DNA from: Candidatus Levyibacteriota bacterium
Lineage (GTDB): Bacteria > Patescibacteriota > Microgenomatia > Levybacterales > UBA12049
NCBI GenBank assembly: GCA_016182185.1
Contig: JACOXU010000003.1
Location: 57,974-121,973 of the forward strand
Reading direction: 5' to 3'
Length of the DNA stretch: 64,000 nt
The translations under genes were made by a program, and so were the position numbers. Positions 1 to 9,146 of this stretch are shown piece after piece. The first letter of the stretch is position 1, and the number at the start of each line of letters is the position of its first letter. Below the pieces are notes generated by a model. It had not been told where the DNA came from, made no database searches, and saw nothing but the letters and a program-made list of their open reading frames with translations.

Positions 1-123
<123 letters not shown>

Positions 124-252
124 TTAATTATAAATCCTAAATTCAAAATTACAAATCCTAAATAAATTAAAAATTCTAATTTCCAAATATTCAAAATTTT
201 TGGATTTTGATTATTGTGATTTTGATATTATTTGGAATTTAAGGCTTAGTGC

Positions 253-528
253 TTAGGATTTTCTAAGCAATAAGTGTCTTAAAATATTTTCATTCAAAGT
301 CAGTTTTTTCTCAAAATCTTTTGGCATTTCGCTTTTGAGCTCAAAAGTTATATCTACGTAAAATCCTGCAACTTCTTTTTTAATTGAGTAGCTTAATGGC
401 TTTTGTCCCCAATTTTGTTCCTTAATAATTTTTGCATCCAAAAGTGCTTTAATTGCCTCAATTACTTTCTTTCGATTTGGCTCAGAAAGTGATGTTTTAA
501 GCACTAAAATCAGTTCGTAAGCACGCAT
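253..528 (-). CDS. rpsF: 30S ribosomal protein S6
   Basis: MRAYELILVL...WGQKPLSYSIKK...G.Y...ILRHLL; rpsF-ssb synteny. Confidence 0.95.
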   Translation of the reverse strand: MRAYELILVLKTSLSEPNRKKVIEAIKALLDAKIIKEQNWGQKPLSYSIKKEVAGFYVDITFELKSEMPKDFEKKLTLNENILRHLLLRKS

Positions 529-577
529 GGTTTCCTAATCCTAACATATTTAAAAAGAGAATTGCAAGAAGCATTTT

Positions 578-1744
578 TCATCCGCCTATTTTAAATTCTA
601 TAACATCACCGTCTTTTACTATATAGTCCTTCCCTTCAAGCCGCGCCTTTCCTTTTTCCCTCGCGCCTTTCCATCCTTCGCTTGCAACAAAATCTTCATA
701 TGAAACGACTTCTGCTTTAATAAATTTTTTCATAAAGTCTGTGTGTATAGTGCCGGAAGCAATAAGCGCGGTGGAACCGCGTCGAATGGTCCATGCTCGA
801 ATTTCTTTTTCTCCGCAAGTCAAAAAAGAAATCAAATCAAGCATCTCGTATCCTTTTTTTATTACCTTTTCAAGTCCGGATTCACCAAGCCCCAAACTTT
901 TAAGATATTCTCTTTGTTCCTCATCTGAAAGATCAGCCAATTCTGCTTCTGTTTTGGCGCAGACCGCAATAGCATCATCTGGGAATTTTTTATCTAAATC
1001 ATCTTCGGAAACATTGGCGATAAAAAATACCGGTTTTAGAGTAATAAGATTAAGATTTTTTACAGTTTCTTTTTCTTCCTCGGTTAAACCAATATTTTTT
1101 GCCAGTACCCCTTTATCTAACTGCGTTTTTAATTTTTTGATAATTTCCCAGCGCAACAAATCCTCTTTGGTTGCATTCATTCTTGGCTGCTGCTGTTTAT
1201 TTAAGGTTTCCAAATCGGCAAGAATCAGCTCAGTATCAACAGTGGTTCTGTCTTCACCGGGCTTTGGTTCTCCTGTTACATGCGTTATATTTGTATCTTT
1301 AAAATATCTTTGAACATGACAGATTAAATCTACTTCTCTTATGTGCGCCAGAAATTTATTTCCCAAACCCTCGCCCGCCGCTGCACCTTTCACCAATCCC
1401 GCAATATCGATAAATTTTACAGTTGCAGGAATGATCGGAGGCAAAACGGGTGACGCGAACGAAGGGTGCCCGAGGCGCGCATCTGCGTTCGCAGCGCTAG
1501 CAAGACTAGCAGGAGCACCTTGGGAAGAGTGAGCGGCAGGACCCTTTTCGCGAGCGGCCTCAGCGCCGATAATATATGCAAGCTTTTCCAATCTCTCATC
1601 CGGAACCGGAACAACCCCGACATTTGGTTCGATTGTCGCAAAGGGATAGTTTGCCACGAATGCAGTTTGTCTCTTAAGAAGTGCATTAAAGAGAGTGGAC
1701 TTCCCCACATTGGGAAGCCCAACAATCCCAATTGAAAGATTCAC
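578..1744 (-). CDS. ychF: redox-regulated ATPase YchF with an in-frame ~39-aa insertion; GTG start at 1744 preferred over 1780
   Basis: [43 protein letters not shown]-domain [11 protein letters not shown]. Confidence 0.95.
   Translation of the reverse strand: MNLSIGIVGLPNVGKSTLFNALLKRQTAFVANYPFATIEPNVGVVPVPDERLEKLAYIIGAEAAREKGPAAHSSQGAPASLASAANADARLGHPSFASPVLPPIIPATVKFIDIAGLVKGAAAGEGLGNKFLAHIREVDLICHVQRYFKDTNITHVTGEPKPGEDRTTVDTELILADLETLNKQQQPRMNATKEDLLRWEIIKKLKTQLDKGVLAKNIGLTEEEKETVKNLNLITLKPVFFIANVSEDDLDKKFPDDAIAVCAKTEAELADLSDEEQREYLKSLGLGESGLEKVIKKGYEMLDLISFLTCGEKEIRAWTIRRGSTALIASGTIHTDFMKKFIKAEVVSYEDFVASEGWKGAREKGKARLEGKDYIVKDGDVIEFKIGG
1446..1565. repeat. divergent copy of ~117-bp palindromic element, in-frame in ychF
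   Basis: Ends TTTTCGCGAGCGGCCTCAGC like the prs, dnaX and 61.0-kb copies; arms CGCGAA..AAGGGT / ACCCTT.TTCGCG; locally GC-rich. Confidence 0.75.
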
Positions 1745-1885
1745 ACATGAAATTATAACTAACCTAAAGTAAAGACGCAAGAATTATAAAGACAATCTGA
1801 TACTAGAAACTTATAAAAAAAGATGACAATATTTTCTTGACAGACACATATTGGTACCATATAATCTACCTGTTTACTTTCTATA

Positions 1886-3223
1886 ATGTCAAAGGAATCC
1901 GATAGTTACAAAAAAAGACTTTCTGAGCAAGGACTTTGGTTAAGCGGTACTATACTGACAATAGCAGCAATCACTTCTGCTTGTAATGCAAAAAATAACG
2001 ACCCAATAAGTACAACCGATACTCCACCTCCAACAAGTACCTCTGAACATATCTCGCCCACTACACAAACTGAAATAACTCCACTAAAAGAAAACGGACT
2101 TGAAGATTTATCGGGGAAGATTTTAGTTAGGTCATTTCCAGATGGTTTTGGACAAGACATAAATTTTGATGAACAGTCTGATATTCCTGATTTTGATTTA
2201 TCCGTAAATTTGTGGCTGATTAATCCTAATGGCTCTGAAAAAATTCTTATTAGCGAACGCTCATCAATAAATGCACCTGTTCTTTGGTCACCCAAGGGTG
2301 ATATGTTTGCTGCCCTGATTGAAGGCGATAGTTATTTTGATTTTCAGAACGATCAATGGAATGTTTTTGATCTAAAAGGTAACGTAATTGCCACTCTTGG
2401 AAAAGGCTTCGCTACACTTATACCTGAAGAAGATGTATCATGGTCTCCCACTGATAATTCATTAATATATTCACAAAAATTTGGCGGTATATTTGAGTAC
2501 AATATAAATACCCAGCATACACGTGAATTTATTACCACCACTGGGCGGACTCTAGATAATAGTCCTGCAATTTCTCCAGATGGCAGTAAGTTAATATATG
2601 TCCATCATGAATTTGGTTCTAACTATTACGTTACGCTTGCCAAGCTAGATCCAAATAAATTACCGCATAAAGGAAACGAGCACAATCTTGGCGTTATTAA
2701 CCCTGAACTGAAAGTATTATCCAGCGGAGAATTCTCTGGAGATGTTCCTTTTAGGTTTTTGTGGACCCGAGATGGTCAAAAAGTAATTTGGGCCCAAGAA
2801 ACTATATCTAATGATAATTTTGATCAAGCAATTTATATTGCAGATGTAAATAGAGAGTTAGTTACGCGAATAGATCTCAACTGGTGTACCTCATGGCCGA
2901 GTAAAATAGGAGATAATATTGATTTATCAAAGGATGGTCAAACAATTCTTTTTACTTGTAATGATTCTCTTTATGCTACAGACCTAAATGGGGATATTAC
3001 AACTATACTCGATTCTGAAGATTTAAAACTATTTCTTAAATTACCCAATTACCAAGATGGTTTTGTTGAATATCCAAGATGGTCCCCAGATGGCAAACAT
3101 ATAATTTTTTATAGCTTTCCAGACGATATTATAATTGTAAAAAATGATGGTTCTGATATAGAGAAGGTACCTTTTACAGAAGCACTATTAAATACGGGCG
3201 GCGTTGAGTGGTCACCGAAATAA
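1886..3223 (+). CDS. lipoprotein with TolB/PD40-like beta-propeller repeats
   Basis: Lipobox-like ITSAC, P/T-rich linker, repeated WSPKG/WSPTD/ISPDG/WSPDG motifs. Confidence 0.7.
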   Translation: MSKESDSYKKRLSEQGLWLSGTILTIAAITSACNAKNNDPISTTDTPPPTSTSEHISPTTQTEITPLKENGLEDLSGKILVRSFPDGFGQDINFDEQSDIPDFDLSVNLWLINPNGSEKILISERSSINAPVLWSPKGDMFAALIEGDSYFDFQNDQWNVFDLKGNVIATLGKGFATLIPEEDVSWSPTDNSLIYSQKFGGIFEYNINTQHTREFITTTGRTLDNSPAISPDGSKLIYVHHEFGSNYYVTLAKLDPNKLPHKGNEHNLGVINPELKVLSSGEFSGDVPFRFLWTRDGQKVIWAQETISNDNFDQAIYIADVNRELVTRIDLNWCTSWPSKIGDNIDLSKDGQTILFTCNDSLYATDLNGDITTILDSEDLKLFLKLPNYQDGFVEYPRWSPDGKHIIFYSFPDDIIIVKNDGSDIEKVPFTEALLNTGGVEWSPK

Positions 3224-3282
3224 TCGCGGAGCCTTACCACTTGATAGCCACATTACTGGATCATACCAAAATAATTCCTAAA

Positions 3283-4395
3283 TTATTTGAGGTATTTTTG
3301 GAAGAAGGAGACTGTATTTTGCATTGATTGATTAAAAGAGGCTCCGGTAAAATTATGCCCTCCGCTTGCGTATTCATTTAGCTCATGGGGAATATCGGTA
3401 TTATCAAGTATTGAGTTAAAATTTCTGCTATAGCGGGTATCTACTACATTATCATCCAACGCGTGATTAATTTGTATTGCACCTTTAATATCTCCTAAAT
3501 AATTTGTCATCGGTACCTGTTTCCAGAAGCTACTATTTGGGTCAAACTGCCCATATTTTTCAAAAAGTTCATTCCTTTTTCTTCGGGTTTGCGAATCCTC
3601 ATTCGGCGGCTGGTAACTTGAGTCTTGAATTCTGAACTGACTAAAGTCCTCATAGGTGTAAACCGCACCCGCAAAAATGACTGTAGCGGAAATTTCAGGA
3701 CTTGCCGCAAGAGCACGGGAAACTACATTTCCTGCCATGCTGTGTCCCCAAAGTCCTATTTTCTCAGAATTTACAAAGTCAGAATTTTTAAGAGCTGCTC
3801 TTGCATTTAAAACATCTATAATATAATCTGACGAATAATATCCTCCCCCCGGCTCTCCTTCTGAAGTACCGTGTCCGCGAAGGTCGATCTTAAAGACTAC
3901 AAATCCGTTTTTAGCAAGATAATCTACATAGGTTGAGTAATTTTCTAAAGTCCTGTAATTCTTAGGAGGAATATATCCGTGGACAAAAATGATTGCCGGC
4001 CACCCATTTTCGGGGATATCTGCCTTAGGAATGGTGAGATATCCATTAACCTCTAATCCATCAGAATCATAACTGGTTAGATAACCGATGTAAGTTGCGG
4101 TCTCTGTGGCTTGACTTAATTTTCCAAGTGAGCTTTCATAAGAACGCGCGCGAAGATACGGAATTGTCATTTCCTGAAACGGAAAAGGCGTTTGAGAAAT
4201 TTCAACGCTTGACTTTTTTCCCAAACTACGATTTTCCGGAGTGCTTTGTTTGTTTTTATAGACAGAAAAATAGAATACTCCGAAAACAAATGAGTTTATA
4301 ACAATGAGCATGCCAAGAAGGAGCAAAAATTTTTTTGTCTTATTTATTTTTTCAGGAACAAACTTTTCCGAGGGCTCAAAAATTGGTTTTTCCAT
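3283..4395 (-). CDS. membrane-anchored alpha/beta hydrolase (S9-like peptidase)
   Basis: N-terminal TM, HGY, GHSMAG nucleophile elbow, D..V and GHNF; paralog of 52139-53182. Confidence 0.8.
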   Translation of the reverse strand: MEKPIFEPSEKFVPEKINKTKKFLLLLGMLIVINSFVFGVFYFSVYKNKQSTPENRSLGKKSSVEISQTPFPFQEMTIPYLRARSYESSLGKLSQATETATYIGYLTSYDSDGLEVNGYLTIPKADIPENGWPAIIFVHGYIPPKNYRTLENYSTYVDYLAKNGFVVFKIDLRGHGTSEGEPGGGYYSSDYIIDVLNARAALKNSDFVNSEKIGLWGHSMAGNVVSRALAASPEISATVIFAGAVYTYEDFSQFRIQDSSYQPPNEDSQTRRKRNELFEKYGQFDPNSSFWKQVPMTNYLGDIKGAIQINHALDDNVVDTRYSRNFNSILDNTDIPHELNEYASGGHNFTGASFNQSMQNTVSFFQKYLK

Positions 4396-4396
4396 T

Positions 4397-4978
4397 TTAA
4401 ATATCTTCTATATAATATCTTATTTCTTCAATGTCTGGCGTAAGAAGATTGTAAAGATAGGTTATATCTGAGTCACTATGACGGATGCATCCTGCGCTTC
4501 CGGGATCAACTTTTGATAACTTGGAATTATTTCCGTTGACTCCGTGCAATCCAAAATACCCTGGCAGGACCCAATCACACTCTCCGTTACACTCAGGATA
4601 AGGAACCGGACCATAAGGCCACTTGTCAGTAGTTGGAATATCTAAAGTAAGGAAATAGGGAGCGGTTTCAGGATTATCAGAAGACGACTCTTTTTTGATA
4701 ATCCGCCAATAATCTCTTCCCAAAAGCTTTGGTAAGGGAGTTGGACTTGAAGGAGTCCCCACCTTTACTTGAAAAGTTCTGATCAATCGGCTATTATTAA
4801 CATCGCCTGAAACCCCGAAATAAAGAAATTCTTTTTCTGATTTTCTCTTTAGAATTAACCAATAGGATTTTTTTGGGGTTATATTTTTCTGTGCTTTTGG
4901 ATTTTCTTTTAAAATTGCCAATAAAAAAATAACAGGAGTCAAAAGAAGCAAAATTAAAATCAACTTAACTTTAATCAT
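4397..4978 (-). CDS. L,D-transpeptidase (YkuD family)
   Basis: GLHG...GSAGCIR catalytic motif; N-terminal TM. Confidence 0.8.
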   Translation of the reverse strand: MIKVKLILILLLLTPVIFLLAILKENPKAQKNITPKKSYWLILKRKSEKEFLYFGVSGDVNNSRLIRTFQVKVGTPSSPTPLPKLLGRDYWRIIKKESSSDNPETAPYFLTLDIPTTDKWPYGPVPYPECNGECDWVLPGYFGLHGVNGNNSKLSKVDPGSAGCIRHSDSDITYLYNLLTPDIEEIRYYIEDI

Positions 4979-6118
4979 ATGAAGTATTTTAGCAAAAAAT
5001 TAATCTTTAACAAAAGATATATTTTTCTCTTAATGGGATTTTTAATCATTAATACATCTTTGATTTTGATATTTACCAAATTTCAAACTGTAAATGATAA
5101 CCGCTTCCTCCCTTCTCAATCACTCAATCGCCAATCATCAATCGTCAATCCCGCGGTTCTCCCTTCCCCAACTTCCCCGCCTATTCCCCCACAAAAAATT
5201 TTATCGACTGATTATCATATTTTCCAAACATTTAATAATTGCGGCCCCGCAGCCCTATCCATGGCATTGAGATTTTACCGAGTTGTTGTGAATCAACAGG
5301 AATTAGGGCAAGCGTTAAGACCATATCAGATCCCCGGAGGAAACAATGATGATAAATCAGTAACCTTAAAAGAGCTGGCCGAAAAAAGTAAAGACTATGG
5401 CTTTATCCCCTACCATCGTCCCATGGGAAACCCGGAGCAGGTTGTAAAATTTATCGCAAACGATATACCGGTAATTGCCCGCACTTGGACCAAACCTACT
5501 GAAGATATAGGTCATTATAGAGTTATCAAAGGGTATGATGAGACTCTGGGGATTTTTATTCAGGACGATTCTCTTCAAAACAAAAATTTAGAGTATTCAT
5601 ATGAAGACTTTAATCAAATTTGGAAAAAATTCAATTTTGAGTATTTAGTTCTGGTGCCAAAGGAAAAACGAGAAATTGCCGAACAGATCTTAGGAGAAAA
5701 TAAAGAAGAGAAATTTTCCTGGCAAATGGCAGTTGAAAACTCACTTCAGGAATTATCAAGTAATCCAAATGATATTTATGCCAGATTTAATCTATCAGTC
5801 GCATATTATAATGTAGAAGAATTTCAAAAGTCCACAGAAGAATTTGAAAAAATAGAAAATCTTCTTCCCTTCCGGACACTCTGGTATCAGATAGAACCGA
5901 TTCAGGCTTATTTTGAATTGGGAAATTACGACAGAGTCTTCTCTCTAACCGACAAGATTCTAAGCAATGCAAATCGAGCCTTTTCCGAACTTTATATCTT
6001 AAGGGGGAAAATTTATCAAGCCCAGGGGAAAATTCAAGAAGCACGGTCTGAATTTGAAAAGGCGGTCTTTTATAATTCTAGCCTCAAAGAAGCCCGGGGT
6101 TTACTAAATTCTGTTTAA
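4979..6118 (+). CDS. C39-like cysteine peptidase with C-terminal TPR repeats
   Basis: QTFNNCGPAALSM, GHYRVIKGYD, QDS; TPR-like helical C-terminus. Confidence 0.75.
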   Translation: MKYFSKKLIFNKRYIFLLMGFLIINTSLILIFTKFQTVNDNRFLPSQSLNRQSSIVNPAVLPSPTSPPIPPQKILSTDYHIFQTFNNCGPAALSMALRFYRVVVNQQELGQALRPYQIPGGNNDDKSVTLKELAEKSKDYGFIPYHRPMGNPEQVVKFIANDIPVIARTWTKPTEDIGHYRVIKGYDETLGIFIQDDSLQNKNLEYSYEDFNQIWKKFNFEYLVLVPKEKREIAEQILGENKEEKFSWQMAVENSLQELSSNPNDIYARFNLSVAYYNVEEFQKSTEEFEKIENLLPFRTLWYQIEPIQAYFELGNYDRVFSLTDKILSNANRAFSELYILRGKIYQAQGKIQEARSEFEKAVFYNSSLKEARGLLNSV

Positions 6119-7260
6119 TTGGGATTAATTCTAATCACTCTATCGTCCGAGGTATCAGGCGTTCCTCTTCCATCCCGATTGCTTGTAGTTATATAAAGCA
6201 TGTTATCACTACCTAAAACTACTTCTCTTATTCTGCCGAACTGGCTTTTGAAATGTTTTTTAAGTTCAATATTATCCCCCTTTACGACTGCCTCATATAA
6301 AGTTTCTCCTCGAAGGCCTGCGAAAAATATTGAATTTTCAAGAATTGCCATACCAGATGGCGCCCAGGTTTCAGTCGGTCCTGAGTGAAGTTTGGGAATC
6401 TCCATTCCGCTTCTTGCCTTATCTCCTTCAATCGTGGGCCAGCCGTAATTTTTGCCAGGCTCGACAAGATTTAACTCATCAAATCCTGATAAAACTCCTG
6501 ACCGACCATGTTCGGTTGCCCAAAGTCTTCCCTGATTGTCCCAGGCAATCCCCTGTGGGTTTCGATGTCCGTAAGAATAAACTAAATTATTAAAAGGGTT
6601 TCCCGAAACAGCTTTTCCTTCATCTGTCACTCTGAGAATTTTTCCTGCCAAAGAATTAGTATTTTGCGCTTGAGAAGAATTTTGAGCATCGCCTGTTGTT
6701 ATATATAAATTTTTATCCGGTCCGAATTTAATTCTTCCGCCGTTGTGATTCGATGCCCCCGGAATTCGATCGACGATAACTTGCTCATTTTCTAACTTAT
6801 TGTCTCGGTAGACCATTCTTGCAACTCTGTTAAACGTGTTGTTTGTATTTGCGCTATAAGTGTAGTAAAAATAGACAAAATGATTCGAAGAAAAATTTGG
6901 GTGAAGTGCAATTCCTAAGAGTCCTCCCTCTCCGATTTCCCTGACCTGATTAAATACTGCCACAGGCTTTGGATCAAGCATGCCGTTACGATTAATAAGT
7001 CTTACTTGTCCTTTTCGCTCGGTAACCAACATACTATTGTCAGGCAAAAACGTAATCCCCCAAGGAGTATCTAGGTTTCCTGCAATAACTTTGACTTTCT
7101 CATTTTCATCAATCTTAATAGACTGCGAGCTTGTTTCTTGTTTCTGATTTATCCTTAAAGGAGATTGGGTCTTATTTCTAATAATAAAAAAAACTAAAAC
7201 CAAAATAACCAATAGCAATCCAAAAATAATAAATTTAATTTTCATATTCTTTGAGGACAT
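6115..7260 (-). CDS. PQQ-dependent sugar dehydrogenase (GSDH family)
   Basis: PWGITFLPD, GEGGLLG, HNGGRIKFGPD, GHRNPQG, NYGWP. Confidence 0.9.
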   Translation of the reverse strand: MSSKNMKIKFIIFGLLLVILVLVFFIIRNKTQSPLRINQKQETSSQSIKIDENEKVKVIAGNLDTPWGITFLPDNSMLVTERKGQVRLINRNGMLDPKPVAVFNQVREIGEGGLLGIALHPNFSSNHFVYFYYTYSANTNNTFNRVARMVYRDNKLENEQVIVDRIPGASNHNGGRIKFGPDKNLYITTGDAQNSSQAQNTNSLAGKILRVTDEGKAVSGNPFNNLVYSYGHRNPQGIAWDNQGRLWATEHGRSGVLSGFDELNLVEPGKNYGWPTIEGDKARSGMEIPKLHSGPTETWAPSGMAILENSIFFAGLRGETLYEAVVKGDNIELKKHFKSQFGRIREVVLGSDNMLYITTSNRDGRGTPDTSDDRVIRINPN

Positions 7261-7284
7261 TATAGCAGAAGATTAAATTGAAAA

Positions 7285-7505
7285 TTTTCCTTCAAAAATA
7301 AACATCTTGCTTATTTTCAAAGGAAAAGAGAGAAGAAATTTTGTTGAGGTACGAAGACCAGCAAGTACAGACGCATTTGTCTGATGTGCAGTCTTAGTAA
7401 CTAGACAAAATTTGAGATCTTCTCTCTGTGATGGAATAAGTTGTTTGGTGGTGGTTTGTCATGCATATCGCAAGAGAGCAAGAGGGGGGAAACTCTCACA
7501 TCTGC
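7285..7505 (-). ncRNA. conserved structured 3' scaffold of cargo cassette A (putative 3' UTR/ncRNA)
   Basis: Homologous to 22794-23050 (32-nt identical block 7308-7339); terminal 20-bp hairpin 7285-7327, long hairpin 7328-7426, arms 7432-7441 and 7484-7505 complementary to the 5' scaffold. Confidence 0.7.
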
Positions 7506-7667
7506 GTCAATGCAGCTGAATCACCAGGCTATTGCCCGAGGGGGTGAAATGACAACACCTAGTTCTTTCAGCCGAAACTGTCAGCGAAGCGCTCGCATCG
7601 CCGTCAAAGGGAGGTGAACCAGCGCGCAAGCGCTACTGTCGGGAGTGACTGTCTGGCGTCGGCGTGC

Positions 7668-8288
7668 TCAGGAACTGGCGGCAGAAGTGCCGGCAAGCCG
7701 ATCAGAGAAAAACACCCCTGCCTTTCCGCATCGCCGATGCAGGCCGTAGGTTAACGCAGTGCCCAGAACAACAGCTGCAATGATGGTCAGCTGAAGTGAC
7801 TGTGCATAACGAAGGATGTCGACGACGTCGCCGGTAATCGATGAGACGATCCAGCTGTCACGCAGGCTCGTTGGCGTCTGCGGAATCGTAGTAACTGGAG
7901 AGTCCCGAGATGAGCCGGTGATCGAAGAGTCAAGACCCACGTCATTGGTTAATGGACTATGAGCCATGCTCATGGCGCCGATGTCCGTGCAGTCGTGCGA
8001 TCCGCATGAAGCAGCCGTGTTGTCAGCAATGTCGGCGCTGTTGCGGATAGAGTCGTCCAGACCCTGACCTGACGTGAACGGGTGTAATATTCCCTGGGAC
8101 ACGTCCAGATTGACGATGGTCGCCTGAGACGAACTGGCGAGAGAGACTTCGGGACTTGCTCTGGCTTGCGGAGTCAAATGCTGACTGGGCATCAAAGCGA
8201 AGAAGCCGCAGATAGCAGCAAGTGCCACACACGCCATGAGTCCAAGAAGAGATCTCCCCTGTCGACATCTTACTGTCTCAAAGGACAT
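7668..8288 (-). CDS. GC-rich hypothetical membrane protein (cargo A)
   Basis: Strong SD AGGAGGT at 8292-8298; N-terminal and C-terminal hydrophobic helices; Ser/Thr/Asp-rich middle; no family recognised. Confidence 0.6.
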   Translation of the reverse strand: MSFETVRCRQGRSLLGLMACVALAAICGFFALMPSQHLTPQARASPEVSLASSSQATIVNLDVSQGILHPFTSGQGLDDSIRNSADIADNTAASCGSHDCTDIGAMSMAHSPLTNDVGLDSSITGSSRDSPVTTIPQTPTSLRDSWIVSSITGDVVDILRYAQSLQLTIIAAVVLGTALTYGLHRRCGKAGVFFSDRLAGTSAASS

Positions 8289-8348
8289 AAGACCTCCTGT
8301 TACGGACCTGTCGGGATTGATATATTAAATTGTGATGAATCCGATAAA

Positions 8349-8535
8349 CACCTCCGTATTGTGAATTTGGTGCAAATGCAAGAGTTCCCCCCGCCAATTG
8401 ACAAGCCTTGTCAAAAAGCGGGGAAAACCTTACCCGCACTCAATTCATCACACTTATTCCAAATTTCAATGTGCGATTTGTTTTTTCCTGAAATACATCT
8501 GCAAATAGATGTACCAGAGCAAAAACAATTAATAG
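8349..8535 (-). ncRNA. conserved structured 5' scaffold of cargo cassette A
   Basis: Homologous to 24234-24420: 5' hairpin, GCACAUU, GGAAUAAGU, AUGAAUUG, UUUUCCCCG hairpin, GGGGGGAACUCUU..CACCA, then GGAGG. Confidence 0.7.
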
Positions 8536-8541
8536 TCAACT

Positions 8542-8570
8542 ATAATATAACACAAATTATCCTAAATCAA
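8542..8570 (-). promoter_or_regulatory. sigma70-type promoter for cassette A
   Basis: Minus strand TTGATT-N17-TATTAT just upstream of the 5' scaffold. Confidence 0.55.
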
Positions 8571-8587
8571 CAGGCATTTTGAGATTC

Positions 8588-8615
8588 TTGACTTAAATAT
8601 TAGAAGGTATATAAT
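8588..8615 (+). promoter_or_regulatory. sigma70 promoter, probably leaderless transcript for 8622
   Basis: TTGACT-N16-TATAAT ending 6 nt before ATG 8622. Confidence 0.6.
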
Positions 8616-8621
8616 TCAGCT

Positions 8622-9146
8622 ATGATCGAGGCTTCATTACGATCAGTTAATGAGTTTCAGTTAGAATTCGAGGAAGCAAGAAGGTTTCTTTTGGAAAGCG
8701 GGTTTTTGGGCATAGTAAAAAATATTTCAGCAACTCTATGCCATTTACCCATAATTCCTCCCCGAGATTTTGACGAACAAAATCCCCAGGGGCCATACAT
8801 GGGACTAATAGCTCCAGTCATAACCCACAAAGTTGGTTTCTTAAATAGAGATCGTTTCTCTTCCATCCGAAAACAAAGAACATTTTTTATCTCTCTTCCA
8901 TTGGGAAGTAAAGATGTTTTAATGGAGGTTAGAGAAGCTGGAGCTTTGATTGGAAAAGATGGACAAGAACATCCCGCTTCGGATTACCCTGTTTGGGTCA
9001 TGGAACTTTCACGAGAATCTGAATTTTCGAACTTAAAAAGAGGGCTACTGGAAGGCATTGAAAATTTAATGCCACTTGATAAGAATCAACATAAAAATGT
9101 AATGATTGCTCTTGGCTTACTACCCCAACCTTTTAAAACCATTTAG
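8622..9146 (+). CDS. hypothetical protein
   Basis: 174-aa ORF directly after a promoter; no motif recognised. Confidence 0.6.
   Translation: MIEASLRSVNEFQLEFEEARRFLLESGFLGIVKNISATLCHLPIIPPRDFDEQNPQGPYMGLIAPVITHKVGFLNRDRFSSIRKQRTFFISLPLGSKDVLMEVREAGALIGKDGQEHPASDYPVWVMELSRESEFSNLKRGLLEGIENLMPLDKNQHKNVMIALGLLPQPFKTI

Noticed and set aside
741-1735. Antisense or alternate-frame ORFs over ychF, and the many similar short ORFs opposite other genes
   Set aside because: Shadow ORFs of well-supported genes, without motifs or ribosome-binding sites.
7350-7405. Possible hammerhead or hairpin ribozyme (CTGATG at 7381)
   Set aside because: CUGANGA/GAAA core is incomplete and not conserved in copy B (CTGAGTA); no known ribozyme consensus could be fitted by eye.
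7549-7617. 22-codon plus-strand ORF (MTTPSSFSRNCQRSARIAVKGR) after GGGGGTGA
   Set aside because: No counterpart in cassette B; the G-rich tracts are better explained as minus-strand anti-SD motifs. Not fully excluded.
7285-8570. Cassettes as IS/MITE-bounded composite transposons or integron cassettes
   Set aside because: No transposase or integrase nearby, no target-site duplication at the outer ends, complementary arms are internal and wobble-biased, and no clear attC RYYYAAC/GTTRRRY boxes. Mobilisation in trans remains possible.
8166-8582. Plus-strand ORFs across the 5' scaffolds (also 24023-24412)
   Set aside because: Their peptide similarity only reflects shared non-coding DNA; antisense to promoter and cargo, no RBS.
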